This document shows positions 25,553 through 36,794 of a stretch of 64,000 nucleotides of DNA, piece after piece; position 1 is the first letter of the stretch; the number at the start of each line of letters is the position of its first letter. Position numbers and translations under genes: made by a program. This DNA is from Mobula hypostoma (Eukaryota): the NCBI RefSeq assembly GCF_963921235.1, contig NC_086106.1, positions 70,184,001-70,248,000 of the forward strand. The letters are read 5' to 3'. Below the pieces are notes generated by a model. That model was not told the origin of the DNA. It searched no databases and worked only from the letters and a program-made list of their open reading frames with translations.

Positions 25553-26074
25553 ACCCTCTCGAAGCAAGATCTGATTGACCCAGTACTACACATTTTTTAA
25601 TGTGCTAAACATCAAAGAAAATATAAAACTCAGGACAATTCAAACAAATCCATACTTACAATACTTTCTTCAAACTACACATGTAACAGTTTCAAATTCC
25701 TGGTTCTTCCCAACATCACACCCAAAGTAAGTGTTAATAACGGTCGCAACCATGCAATGGGGTGTTGATTGGATTCATGCATATATAGATAATCAGTTAC
25801 GCGCTTGTTTACTAGGCTGAAGTTATCTACAATTTCCTGTTCTGAGCCACATTTTAACTTTAGTCTTCAATGCATATTTGAATCTGAAGGTTGGTCACTG
25901 AGGTCAATATTTTGTATTGCTATTTATCCTAAATCCAAAAATTGCCCTAGCAATTTAGAACAAGGAGTATATGTTAAAAGTTCAACTTAGTCACAAAGAA
26001 CTCTGACCTTTTAGGAAGGTTATACTGTTGTGGTAGAAAGCTGAATTTAGCAATAAGCTTCTTAGGTCGGGGAA

Positions 26075-26425
26075 AGTGAATATTTATCACATTTGGATGG
26101 CCGTACTTGAAGGCAAAGTACAGGGTTAATGGCAGAATTCTGAGAAATGTGGATGGTCAGAGGGATCTTGGCATCTAGACCATAGATGCCTCAATATTGA
26201 AGCACAAGTTGACAAGGAGATTAAGAACGCGTGTAGTGTCTTAGTTTTCATTAGTTGGGTGATTGAATTCAAGAGCTATGGGGTCTGACTGCAACACTAT
26301 AACATTCTAGTTAGACCACACTTACAATATTCTGTTCAGTTCTGGTCACCTCATTATAGGAAGGATATTGAAGGATTAGAAGGTGTACAGAGGAGATTTA
26401 TTAGGATGGTGCCTTAAGCACATGT
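26075..26425 (+). mobile_element. CR1 RT C-terminal fragment
   Basis: ctagttagaccacacttacaatattctgttcagttctggtcacctcattataggaagg ([19 protein letters not shown]). Confidence 0.8.
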
Positions 26426-26429
26426 CTGA

Positions 26430-27800
26430 TAACCGCAGCACCAATTGTGTGTTGGAGAACAGGGAAGGTTCAGGCATAAAAGGAAGACACTGCCTGGTGG
26501 AGCAGTCATTGATGGAGTCGTCTTTAGCTCATTTTGGCTTCAGTGAGGTAAGTGGGTAAATGGATTTTATTTTCTGAGGAATAGGGAGCATGTATGTAGG
26601 GTTAGTACTTTGCTCTAGGTGTCAGATGTGGTAGTCCTGGGAACCTTCCAGTCTCTCAGATGGCCACATCTGCGCCAGGTGCACTGAGATACAGCTCCTG
26701 AGAGACTGTGTTAGGGATCTGGAGCTGCGGCTTGATGACCTACAGCTTATTAGGGAAAATGAGGGAGCTACTGGGAGTTGGTCATCCTGAAGCTGCAGGA
26801 GTTAGACAAGTGGGTGACTGTCAGGGATAGGAAGGGAAGAGCTCAGATGGTAGAGAGCACCCCTGTGGTCATCCCCCTCAGTAATCATTATCTTGCTTTG
26901 GTTGCTGTTGAGGGGGGTGACCTGCACTGAGCCTTGTTCCATGGTGCAGAAGGGAGAGAAGAAGATAAGGAATGTGGTAGTCACAGTGGTTTCCATAGTG
27001 AAGGGAACAGACAGGAGGTTCTGTCAGCCTGATAGAGATACCCGCATGGTGTGTTGCCTCCCAGGTACAAGATGTCTTTGATCAGGTGCAGAGTATTCTG
27101 AGGGGAGAGGGTGAACAACCAGAAGTCTTGGTACACATTGGTACCAATGATATAGGTAGAAAAAGGGAGGAGGCCCTGAAGAGAGAATTCAGGGAGTTGG
27201 GTAGGAAGCTGAAAAGCAGGACCTCTAAGGTAGTAATCTCAGGACTGCTGTCTGTGCCACATGCTAACAAGTGCAAGAATAGCATGATCAGCCATATTAA
27301 TGCATGGCTGAGAGACTGGTGTAGGGGGCAGGGTTTTGGGTTCCTGAATCATTGGGTCCTCTTCTGGGGGAGGTACGACCTGTACAAAAAGGATGGGTTA
27401 CACCTGAACCCAAAAGGGTCCAATATCCTAGCTGGCAGGTTTAATAGAACTGTTAGGGAGTGTTTAAATTAATTTGGCAGCGGGATAGGAACCGGGTGAT
27501 AGGGCTGAGGAAAGGGGAAACAGAAATAAATCAAAGATACAGTGCAATAGGGATGATAGAGAGGGCAGGCAGGAGATGAGGCTTAATCACAACCAGTAGT
27601 TATGGTTTACAGGGCAATACAGGCGTGGTGTAGTTAAAACAGAAAGCAACAAATACTGGACTGAAAGTGTTATATTTGAATGCGCACAGCATAAGAAATA
27701 AAATGGCCAATCTTGAAACTCAGCTACAGATCAGCAAGAATAATTATTATGGCCATCTCTGATACTTGGCTAAGGGATGGCTGCCATTGGGAGCTCAGTG
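26430..27800 (+). mobile_element. CR1 5' region: ORF1 (zinc finger/leucine zipper plus SGNH esterase) and start of ORF2 endonuclease
   Basis: CSRCQMW...ICARCTEIQLLRDCVRDLE, VLVHIGTNDIG, FWGRYDLYKKDGLHLNPKG, LKVLYLNAHSIRNK. Confidence 0.9.
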
Positions 27801-29616
27801 GACAGAGTAAGAGTAGTGATCTTGAGGTTTTAGCTCTTTGAGGCTTCAGCGAAAAGAGGATTCAGTGGAAAGAAAGCAGTGGAAGGAAAAGATCAAGTTT
27901 TTTCATTCTCTTCTTTATATCTGCTTAGCTAGGACAGTAGGGATGACAGGCAGGATAGTGGAATGCTCCTCTTGAGGGATGTGGGAAGGCAGGGAGACCT
28001 CCAGTGTCCCAGACGACTATAACTGCTAGAAGTGCATCTGGATGCAGCTTCTAACAAACCACAAAAGGGAGTTGGAACTGAAACTGGATGAACTCCAGAT
28101 CATTCGAGATGCTGAGGGGGTGAAAAGATTAGACAAATAGAGAGTTGGTTACACCCAAGATGAAGGACGCAGGAAACTGGGAGACAGTCAGGAAGAGGAA
28201 AGGGTTCAGCAGCCAGTGCAGAGTACCCCTGTGGCCATCCCCCTCAATAACAGGTAGATCACTTTGGATTCTGTTGCAGGGGGTGGCTTAATAGAGTAAA
28301 GTTGTGATGGTCATTTCTCTGGCACTTAGTCTATATCTGTATCTCAGAATGGAAGGGGAAGATGAGGCATGCACTGGTGATAGGGGACTTGTTAGTTAAG
28401 GAAAAGGACAGGAGGTTCTGTGGGCAAGAACGATATTCCCAGATTGTATGCTGCCTCCTATCTCGGAGCGATTCCTCAGCAGGTGAACAGCCAGAAGTCG
28501 TGGTCCATGTAGGTACCAATTACACGGGTAGGACAAGTGATGATGTTCTGCATAGCGAGTTCAGGGAGTTAGGTGCTAAGTTAAAGGGCAGGACCTCCAG
28601 GGTAGTGATCTCAGGATTGCTACCTGTGCCATGTGCTAGTGAGGCCAGATCTAGGAAAATTGTACAGTTTAATACATGACTAAGGATTTAGTGTAGAAGG
28701 GAGGGCATAAAATTTTTGGATTATTGGGCTCTCTTCCAGGAAAGGTGAGGACTCTACAAAAGGGATGGTTTGTACCTGAACTGGAATGGGATTAATATCC
28801 TAGCAGGAAGGTTTGTTAATGCTGCACGGTGCAGTTTAAACTGGAGTTGCAGGGGAACAGGAACCAGAGTGCTAAAATAGTAAGTGGAGAGGTTGTGGGG
28901 CAGATATTGGTAAAACCTCAGACAAAGTTAAGAATCAAAAAGTTGAGGGTGGGGCCACTGGTGTCCTGAGCTGCATATTTTTCAATGCAAGAAGAATTGT
29001 GGGAAAGGTGGATAAGCACTGCTGAGGCCACACTTGGAGGACTGTAAGCAACTTTGGGCTCGTAGAAGATGTGTTGAAACTGAAGAGCTTTCAAAGGGGG
29101 GGGGTTCATGAAAATGATTCCAGGATAGAATGGCAACACACATCAAAGTTGCTGGTGAACGCTGCAGGCCAGGTAGCATCTCTAGGAAGAGGTATAGTCG
29201 ACGTTTCGGGCCGAGATAGAATAGCTTGTCATATGAAGTGTATTTGATGGTTGTGGGCCTATATTCACTGGAATTCAGAAGAGTGAGGGGTGATCTCATT
29301 TAAACCAGCCTCAGAATAGAGGGGAACAGAGTGGGAAATAGAATAGAGATGAGGAGGAATTTCTTTAGTCTCAGAGTGGTGTATCTGTGGAATTCTTTGC
29401 AACACACAGCTGTGGAGGCCAAGTCTTTATATATATTTAAGGTAGAGGTTGATTGATTTTTGATTGGTCAGGGCATGAAGGGATATGGGGAGAGGTCAGG
29501 AGATTGGGGTTGAGTGGAAAACTGGATCAGCCATGATGAAATGGCGGAGCAAATTCAAAGGGCCAAATGGCCTAATTCCGCTCCTATATCTTATGGTCCT
29601 ATGGTCTTATGGTCTT
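27800..29616 (+). mobile_element. Internally deleted CR1 (5' UTR, ORF1, then RT 3' end and tail)
   Basis: ALVIGDLLV...VVVHVGTN...VVISGLLPVP. Jumps from endonuclease start (about 29010) to the RT C-terminus. Tail cttatggtcctatggtcttatgg. Confidence 0.85.
29132..29214 (-). mobile_element. Penelope terminal fragment truncated within its hammerhead
   Basis: PLE tail ending at tcggcccgaaacgtcgac. TSD GATAGAAT (29124-29131 / 29215-29222). Confidence 0.8.
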
Positions 29617-29724
29617 TAATTTGTCACAGTTTTATGCAGGTATTAACATAACCTGTCCAGCACAAGTGTATCAATCTCTTAGCCAGCAAGTTATAGTTGG
29701 TCTGATAATGGTTCTTCAACCTGA

Positions 29725-30455
29725 AAGAGTTATAGAGTTGCAGTATGCAGCATAGACCAACTCAACATACTGACAAATTTGCCTACCTGACCTAGTTCCA
29801 TTTGAGGTTTGGCTTCTTTCCTATCCGTAAATTTGTCCAAATGTTTTTTTAATGGTGTAATTACGCGAGCCTCCGGCATCTTCCTGGTAGCTTATTCCAC
29901 ATTCCCATTACCTTGTGTGAGAAAAAGCTATCCGTCATGTCCCTTGAATTTATCCCCCTCACCTTAATGTCTGTGCCCTCTAGATTTGGAGTCCTCTAAC
30001 ATTTGGAAAAAAAAGACCCTATCACCCTATGACTTTATGTACAATAGTTCTAGAAGATCACTCCACAACCTCCTACACTTGAGGGAGAAAAAGCTCGTTG
30101 ATTGTATCTATCCTTAAAATTCAGGCCCTCTATTCCTGTTAACATTCTTGTCAATGTTTTCTGCGTACTTTGAAGCTTAATGACATCTGGTCCATAGCTG
30201 CATGACTAGAAATACACCCTATACTCCAACATCTTCCACAGTTGCGACATGATGTCTCAACTTTCATATTCAAAGCCCCAACCATAGAATGCAAGCAAGC
30301 CAACTGACCTCTTCACCATCATATCTACCTATGCTGCTACTTTCAGGGAACTTTGTAATTGTACTCCTATTTCATCAATACGCTCAAGTACCCTGCTATT
30401 GGTTTTATAGGTCTTGCCCTGGTTTAACTTCTCAAATTTTAACATGTTAACTTTA
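29725..30455 (-). mobile_element. Old CR1 3' fragment
   Basis: Reverse contains actccaaatctagagggcacagacattaaggtgagggg and other RT C-terminal remnants. Confidence 0.7.
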
Positions 30456-30459
30456 TATG

Positions 30460-30686
30460 TGGAGTTGGTGCATAACACAAGTCCTGGTTGAGTGACACTG
30501 ATGCCAGATTGACAGTCTCTGAAGAGTACTGATAATGGCTGCGGTCACCCATCTTGTAAAGTCACTGCCCTGATTAAGGGAATGACAAACCACGTCTATA
30601 AGAAAATATAGCCAAATCATGGTGATGGATGGAGAGATAAAGACTATGACTGCCCACGTCATAACACGTAATGATGATAATGATAA
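30460..30686 (+). mobile_element. RTE-related short retroposon 3' part
   Basis: aagggaatgacaaaccac motif resembles the RTE/Bov-A box. (TGA)n-like tail. Confidence 0.45.
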
Positions 30687-31203
30687 CTCTAGTTATCTTT
30701 CCACTGATGTTCCTTAACCTGTTGAATGTTTCCCCAATAATTTACAGTATATTTCAATGAAATTAAAGTAGTGGATTTGTAAGAGGTCATACAATAAGTA
30801 GAGCTGTTGAAGGGTCTCAGAGTGTACCAGGCCTAGAGAGAATTTCAGTTATAGAGAAAGAGAGAGAGCCAGGACTGGAGTTAAAATCAAGAACATGAAT
30901 TTACAAATTGCATCATTCTGGGCTGTTAGACATTTTAATTGATCAGTTAGATTATCTAAGTTAGGATGCAGCAGCAGAAGTTTGAGTAAACTCAAATGTT
31001 ATGGAGCAAGGTAACTGATCCCTAGATGGGAATTTCATCAGGTGTGGATATACGGTTATATGGTTATATAGATATGAGTGACATTACAATTGTGGAAACA
31101 GGTGCTATTACTAGTGAGAAGGATATTGGGTCATAAATTCAGTTCATGTTATATCCGATCAAATGGGAGCAGCTAAAATTGCCATGGAAGATATCAAAGT
31201 AAT

Positions 31204-31571
31204 TGTCCTATGGGGGTGTGCCTTATTCTGACTGTTGAAAGTCGCTTCCTTTGTGATTGGTTGGTTTAGAAGATGCAGCTGCTTTTCTCATTGGATAGAT
31301 GCCTGGTGTCCAGTTTCGAATATCTTGGGTATATAAAATAGGACATGGAAGGGGCTTGCTTTCTTCCTCCCTTGTTTAAGGCAAGGGTGCACATGATGAT
31401 TGAGAAGGTATTGTGCCTGTTGAATGTACATACGTTTGTTGAATAGCTCTGTATTGTCTGTAACCTGGGGAACATGAATGTTGGGTTGAATTTTAATGTT
31501 TGTAAATAAATGATTAATACACCTATTCACAGAGAGTGCCTTCTGCATCACAAATCTGATTCAGCATTACA
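31204..31571 (+). repeat. 5' LTR of ERV
   Basis: TG...CA termini, reverse CCAAT boxes, TATATAAAA near 31330, AATAAA near 31505. Homologous to 33991-34210. Confidence 0.88.
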
Positions 31572-31573
31572 TT

Positions 31574-31594
31574 TGTCTCTGCTTTGAGCAGGGT
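31574..31594 (+). promoter_or_regulatory. Primer-binding site, tRNA-Ser-like (degenerate)
   Basis: gctttgagcagggt matches 12/14 of GCTGTGAGCAGGAT, the complement of the tRNA-Ser(CGA) 3' end as recalled. Lies just after the 5' LTR. Confidence 0.5.
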
Positions 31595-31689
31595 CTACTT
31601 TTTGAGTAGAAATGTATTTCCTTAAGAGGTTATTTAAAAGCGAGGACCCTCAAGATGAGAGATGCAGAATTCTAGGGTGGACAGATAAC

Positions 31690-32720
31690 AATGCGCGCTT
31701 CGGAAGTCTCATTAATGACTGATGGGTTACGTGATGCCAGTAGATTGGTCGGACCAGTTAGATTTTGCCGGGTTTGAAATGGGACATTGTTTCTACACTT
31801 AAATTTTTGAGTTTTCCCAAAAGAAAATATAGCTGGTGGAATGCTCCCAGGTTTTTTGCAGCAATTGTAAGACATCAGTATAAAACAATAGCGAATCTTA
31901 AGAAGGAATTGGAAGATCTCAGTCAATACTGTATTACTCTGAGTGAATCACTATTGATGGCCCAGAGAAGGGCTACGAAGTTAGAAAATATGGATGTACA
32001 AGTCGTCTGTCGGCTAATGAAAGTACAGAAGTAATGAAAGGTGGCTTGAGGAGGCCTGTTGAGAACCTCATCTTGTTAAGGTTCGAGCCATATTGAGACA
32101 GAGCGATGATCATACAGCAGGGCTGGGAGATGAGGATATCTGGCTGGATAATGAAAATGAGGGAGAGAGATTTAATCCTTGAGATGTTTGCCTTCTCCCT
32201 TGTGTGTCCAGAACAGTATGGGCCAGGCCAGTGATTATGTGTTCCCACACCTGCCTTTGGGGGGGGCATCAGGCTGCAGTTTCTTTCTCTCAAGAGAGGG
32301 AGGGGGGAGGCTCAGGAATGTGTAGGGATAAGGATGGTATGATTGACCCCTTCGACACAGTAGAGCTCAGAAAATTAACTGCTAAGGAAATAGCAATTTT
32401 TGGGGATAGGTACAGTCAAAATGCTGGGGAGTCTTTGGTCATGTGATTATTGAGAGTACATGATGAGCGGAGTATCGGAGCGATCCTGTCTAACAGAGGG
32501 GTGGGTGCCTTTGGAAGCCTATTGTCCCAACATGCGATCAGTAACGCCCTGAGAACACTGCTTGCTTCCTCAGAGCACAATGAATTACTATGGATTAGGG
32601 TAATGGCAGTTTATGCATCCCACTGAGTGGAATTTAAAAACCCAAGTGCAGTGGAGCACAGTGACTAAAGTTCTACGCGAGTAGGCTCTTATCACAGAAA
32701 TATACCATGATAGAGGTATC
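31690..32720 (+). pseudogene. gag: ERV-L-like gag remnant
   Basis: ITLSESLLMAQRRATKLEN...VCRLMKVQK, VKVRAIL...DEDIW and LTAKEIAIFGDRYSQNAGESLVM*LLRVHD are collinear with recalled ERV-L Gag blocks. Confidence 0.75.
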
Positions 32721-33189
32721 CCACTTTGTTATTTGTTTTCCCATTTTTTTTTGTAATTGGTTTTAGCAATTATTCATTTTTCATAGTGGCTATTTGAAAT
32801 TTGTTTGAAAATTGGTAGAAATTTGGGTAACTTTATTCTGGATATGAGATGCCCACATTTCAGAGGGAATTGAGCATGGGGAGCAATTCTTGTAGTTGTC
32901 TTGTTTTTGTGTTTTCTAAATATCTAGTGACTATTCAGGAGCGAGTACATTTGTATCTCCCTGCATTACAGAATGACAAAGTGTGGATGCTAATTTGTGG
33001 TGGGAGATCCTGTTATACATTCCTGTGGATGGTGTTTGAATTTGTACACTGGTCCAACAGATTGCTGAATTTGTATGAAGACTCTTTGTATGAAGCGATT
33101 CCACTGTTATCAAATTTTTTGATGACAACGAAAGACTGTTGGGGGAAATTATCTGGCCTCTTGGGTTTTGGTATTTTGTTTTGGGGGAG

Positions 33190-33950
33190 CTAGGAGGGGA
33201 CAGTCTATTCCAGCCAACCTCAACCCAGAGTATGGTAACAGCGTTAAGAGCCTTGATCCTTAATAGCTCCGGTGGAGTAAGTGCTTTAAGAGCTGGTATT
33301 TCCCTACACACCATTTATATAATTGGAATGTCCTGACACTTAAAATGATTTCCCCACCTGACAGAGTGTTGACAGGAGCAGTAATCTGGGATGACTGTTT
33401 CTATGTCAAATGGTGTTGTGAAGCTGGGCACTTTTTGGAAGCTGAATGGCACTTACCAGATATGCAGTTCCTAGGCTTACCCGCGGTTCCCACAGGGTGG
33501 TGCAGTTGATATGTGCTGCTGTGTGTATCCCACCCCAGTGCCCTGGATGAGCATCTTGCCCATACTGATTGGTAAGAGGGCTATTAAAAAGGAAGGATGT
33601 TTTGTATGATTGCCTTTCTCAGCATGGTACTGCTATTCAGTCCCAGGAATCGATGCCTTGGATTACCTACCCACAAAGGAAGATGGCACTTATACTGCTA
33701 ATGGTTGAGAATGCTGCACCTACATTCCTGATGGGTTGGTCATATCTCAAAATCAGTGTATAAAATTAAGCGGGGGACCAGCTCTTTGCCTATTACACTC
33801 CAGGGTGGGGCTAGTAGCCTTTTGCGGCACAGGGAGGCTGGTGGACTACTAGAGTGTACTGGCAGGTGACTATTGGATTTACAGTACTGCGTATTTTACT
33901 CGTGTTTTACGTATAACATAGTTGGGAGCTTGTGAGAGTCATACAAGTCT
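33190..33950 (+). pseudogene. env: Gamma-type env remnant (SU C-terminus, cleavage site, ISD/CX6CC region, TM helix)
   Basis: NGTYQICSS*AYP..P.GW, IGKR/AI, ALDYLPTKEDGTYTANG*ECCTYIPD, then a Trp-rich and hydrophobic stretch. Confidence 0.75.
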
Positions 33951-33990
33951 GAGGGTTGGGTCATCACATTTGCAACTTTCGAAGGTAGTG

Positions 33991-34210
33991 TGTCCTGTGG
34001 AGGTGTGCCTTGTTCTGATTGAGAAGGTATTCTCTTCGTGCACTCTTGTTTCTTGAAGGTACACATGTTTGTTGAATATTCAACTCCAGTGTCTGTAATT
34101 TGGGGAACATGAATGTTTGGTCGAATTTACACCGTTTGTAAATAAATGATTAATACAGTGAGTGCTTTCTGTATCACTTTCCAGACCCACAAACGTAAGT
34201 CAACATTACA
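33991..34210 (+). repeat. 3' LTR of ERV (internally deleted)
   Basis: Preceded by PPT-like gaaggtagtg. Lacks the U3/TATA segment present in the 5' LTR. Confidence 0.88.
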
Positions 34211-36152
34211 GTACTTCTCAGAAATTACAACATGGTTCACTTCATGATCTTATCTCTGTTCTGAGCAGAATGGTAACAATACTCTATGTGAAGACCTCAT
34301 ATAATTTAGAAATGGACTTCTTGTATACTCAGAATTTGCATACACACTACTTGGCAGATTGCATAATGCAAAATGAAACTCAATCAGATTTCATTAGAAG
34401 CCTGAGCCCTCAGAGTTTTAGCTCATTGTGCAGCGTTGTAGCCGGGTTGCGAAGAGGAAAAGGAAAATGAAGAACAGTATCCTTCAAATCTCAGGTGTCT
34501 GCAAAATGCTTTATTGACATTTGCAATTTGATTTTGTTTCTAGTCACCATTGTAGCACTAACAAAAGTTTTCAATCTATACACAGCAAAGATACACAAAG
34601 AGTAAAGTAATTACTTGGAGTTATAATAATTAAAGGCAAATAGTGGCCCAAAGGTCTGGTTGGAATATCCCTGCTCTTTTTGAAAATGTTTCCTTGGAAT
34701 TTTTGCATTCTCTTGAGACAGCAGATGAAACCCAACTTACTGTGACATTACTGCACTCCCTTTATGACATATTTTTTTCAATTGGTTGTTATCAGTATCA
34801 ATTTACACTCCATGCAGTGTCAACGAGAAATAACATTAAATGAACCCCTTGGCAGTTGCCTGACTCCATTACACTGCATGACTCTGAATTTATTCTGCCA
34901 GTCTAGTGTTAGTGGGAAATTGAAATTGCTTCATAGTGACATTAAACATGCTTAGAGCTGTCTCCTTAAAGTTAAAATTGTAATTGTCTTTAAAAAGAAG
35001 ATCAAAGAGTCTCTGCCGATAAAGCAAAGTGGCAGATGTTAAAAATCCGGATGAAGGAAAGATATGGACTGGAAACACATAATACTTCAGTGAGTATATT
35101 ACAAAAAGAGTTGATTTAAGATCCTGTGTAGAGATGGCTCAGGCTCAATGTGGTTATGCTTGCATACTGAACTCTACTATGGAATTGAAGTCAGCAGCAT
35201 CACCTTTTAGAAGAAAAGTACAATGTAGAACCACTATTTTGCTTTGTATTAAGTATTAGCAGCTGAGCATGAATGTTAACCTTTAATACTGACTTCCTAC
35301 AATTTTTGAGGCATTGTGAGTTGAGTTCTTTTTGTTATATACTGCTGTGAACAAGTAATAGAAACAGGAAAGTCTGAAAATTCAATAAATTTACTCACAG
35401 TGTGCCCTTTGGACACTTTACTGTGCAATATTGATATACATTTTGCTTGAGTTCAACTGTCTTTCCTTTCATCAGTATGCAGGACAATATTGAAAATTTT
35501 ATGATTGTAAGACTTTTGACATTATAAAATATACTTGGTACAATAAAATTACTTGCAAAATATCTTCACCCTTCAGGTATTTCATGAGCTTTATTTAACT
35601 AGAATATGCAATTGGCTTTTGTTGTAACTGTAGTCTAATGAACTGCAATTATCAACATGATTTGCTGCTACAAAAGAATGTTTTGTTGGAAGATACACTG
35701 TCATTAGTCAATGAGTCTTACAATTCGTGGGTTATGACCGAAGAGAAACAGCTGGAGTTGCTTTGCACTTTTGTGCAAAGGTGTTTATTCTGTGCATCAA
35801 AAGATCAAACTTACAGAAATTTGTGAAAATGATGAAATGAAAACTGCCATAATTTACAAAAAGATATCTACCAGAAATCACAACATTAATTACCTACTAT
35901 GTCCAGTGTGAACTCCTGGCAGATCAATCTCCCTCTGTTCCTTAGAGTGAACTGGCCCATTTTTTTATAGTCATCAGGACATACCGTCATTAATTACCCA
36001 CAAAGTTAATTTAAGACTACACATGAATCAGAATGTGATGCACCCCACAACACAGTTACAAAATAAACAGAAGTATCTACCTTGAATAGAGTATACAAAC
36101 AATATATACACGTTTACACATCCTCATTACTAAAAGAATTGAATAGTCTACA

Positions 36153-36794
36153 TGTAATGCCCTGGTTCACACCTTGACTATTATTTTGTGGGCATTTCAT
36201 TTAGCAGCTCTCTGAGAGTTGAATGCTCTGCCTTCAGCCTGTATGGGTTATTGTCGAAGGTAAAGGATGATGTGGAATTTCTGCCATCCAATTAGCGGGA
36301 GATTTTCTTGGTGAGGGACAATAAGGTTGGTCTTGGGCATGTGTTTGGCGTGAGATGGAGAGAGAAGACGCTGGGGAGAACCAGTCGTAGCATACAATCC
36401 AGTGGGAGATCGGTTTGTTCGAGACAGATTGCGAGCGACGTTCGGAAGCTGGTGCGTGCTTTCTCATTGATTGAGGGCCCAGCATGTGAGTGACAGAGAA
36501 GTTCAAGATGAGCTCAAACTTGCGCACATTTGACTGTTTAATTAGAATGGGTCCTTTTCTTTTTGTTATTCTTTACTAACCCTTCAATTAAGATTCATAA
36601 ATATAATTCCTTTGATCGATTGCGGTGTACCGTCTGTTATTTTGTGACACTAATTTGTAACAGGGTAGCAAATGACACAGCATCCACACAAACTGGGGTT
36701 TGGGGTGGGATGAGCCATCTCAATCTCACGAGTTTGGAGGGACTTGAGAGTGTCTTCCCTAGATTTACGCAGCCAAGGAAACCAGGGTGTTTCA
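36153..36794 (+). mobile_element. Solo LTR (Gypsy-like), 642 bp
   Basis: TGTAATGCCCTGG...CCAGGGTGTTTCA imperfect inverted termini. 4-bp TSD TACA (36149-36152 / 36795-36798). Confidence 0.8.

Larger units (their letters stand above)
31204..34210 (+). mobile_element. Decayed class III (ERV-L/HERV-S-like) endogenous retrovirus, pol-deleted
   Basis: LTRs 31204-31571 and 33991-34210 (TGTCCT...ATTACA). TSD GTAAT/GTACT. PBS-like gctttgagcagggt. ERV-L-like gag and env TM remnants. Confidence 0.85.

Noticed and set aside
25288-25593. 101-aa minus-strand ORF
   Set aside because: Ser/Leu run produced by the (GA)n microsatellite.
27086-27472. SGNH esterase ORF as a captured host enzyme
   Set aside because: Known domain of CR1 ORF1, present in three decayed copies here.
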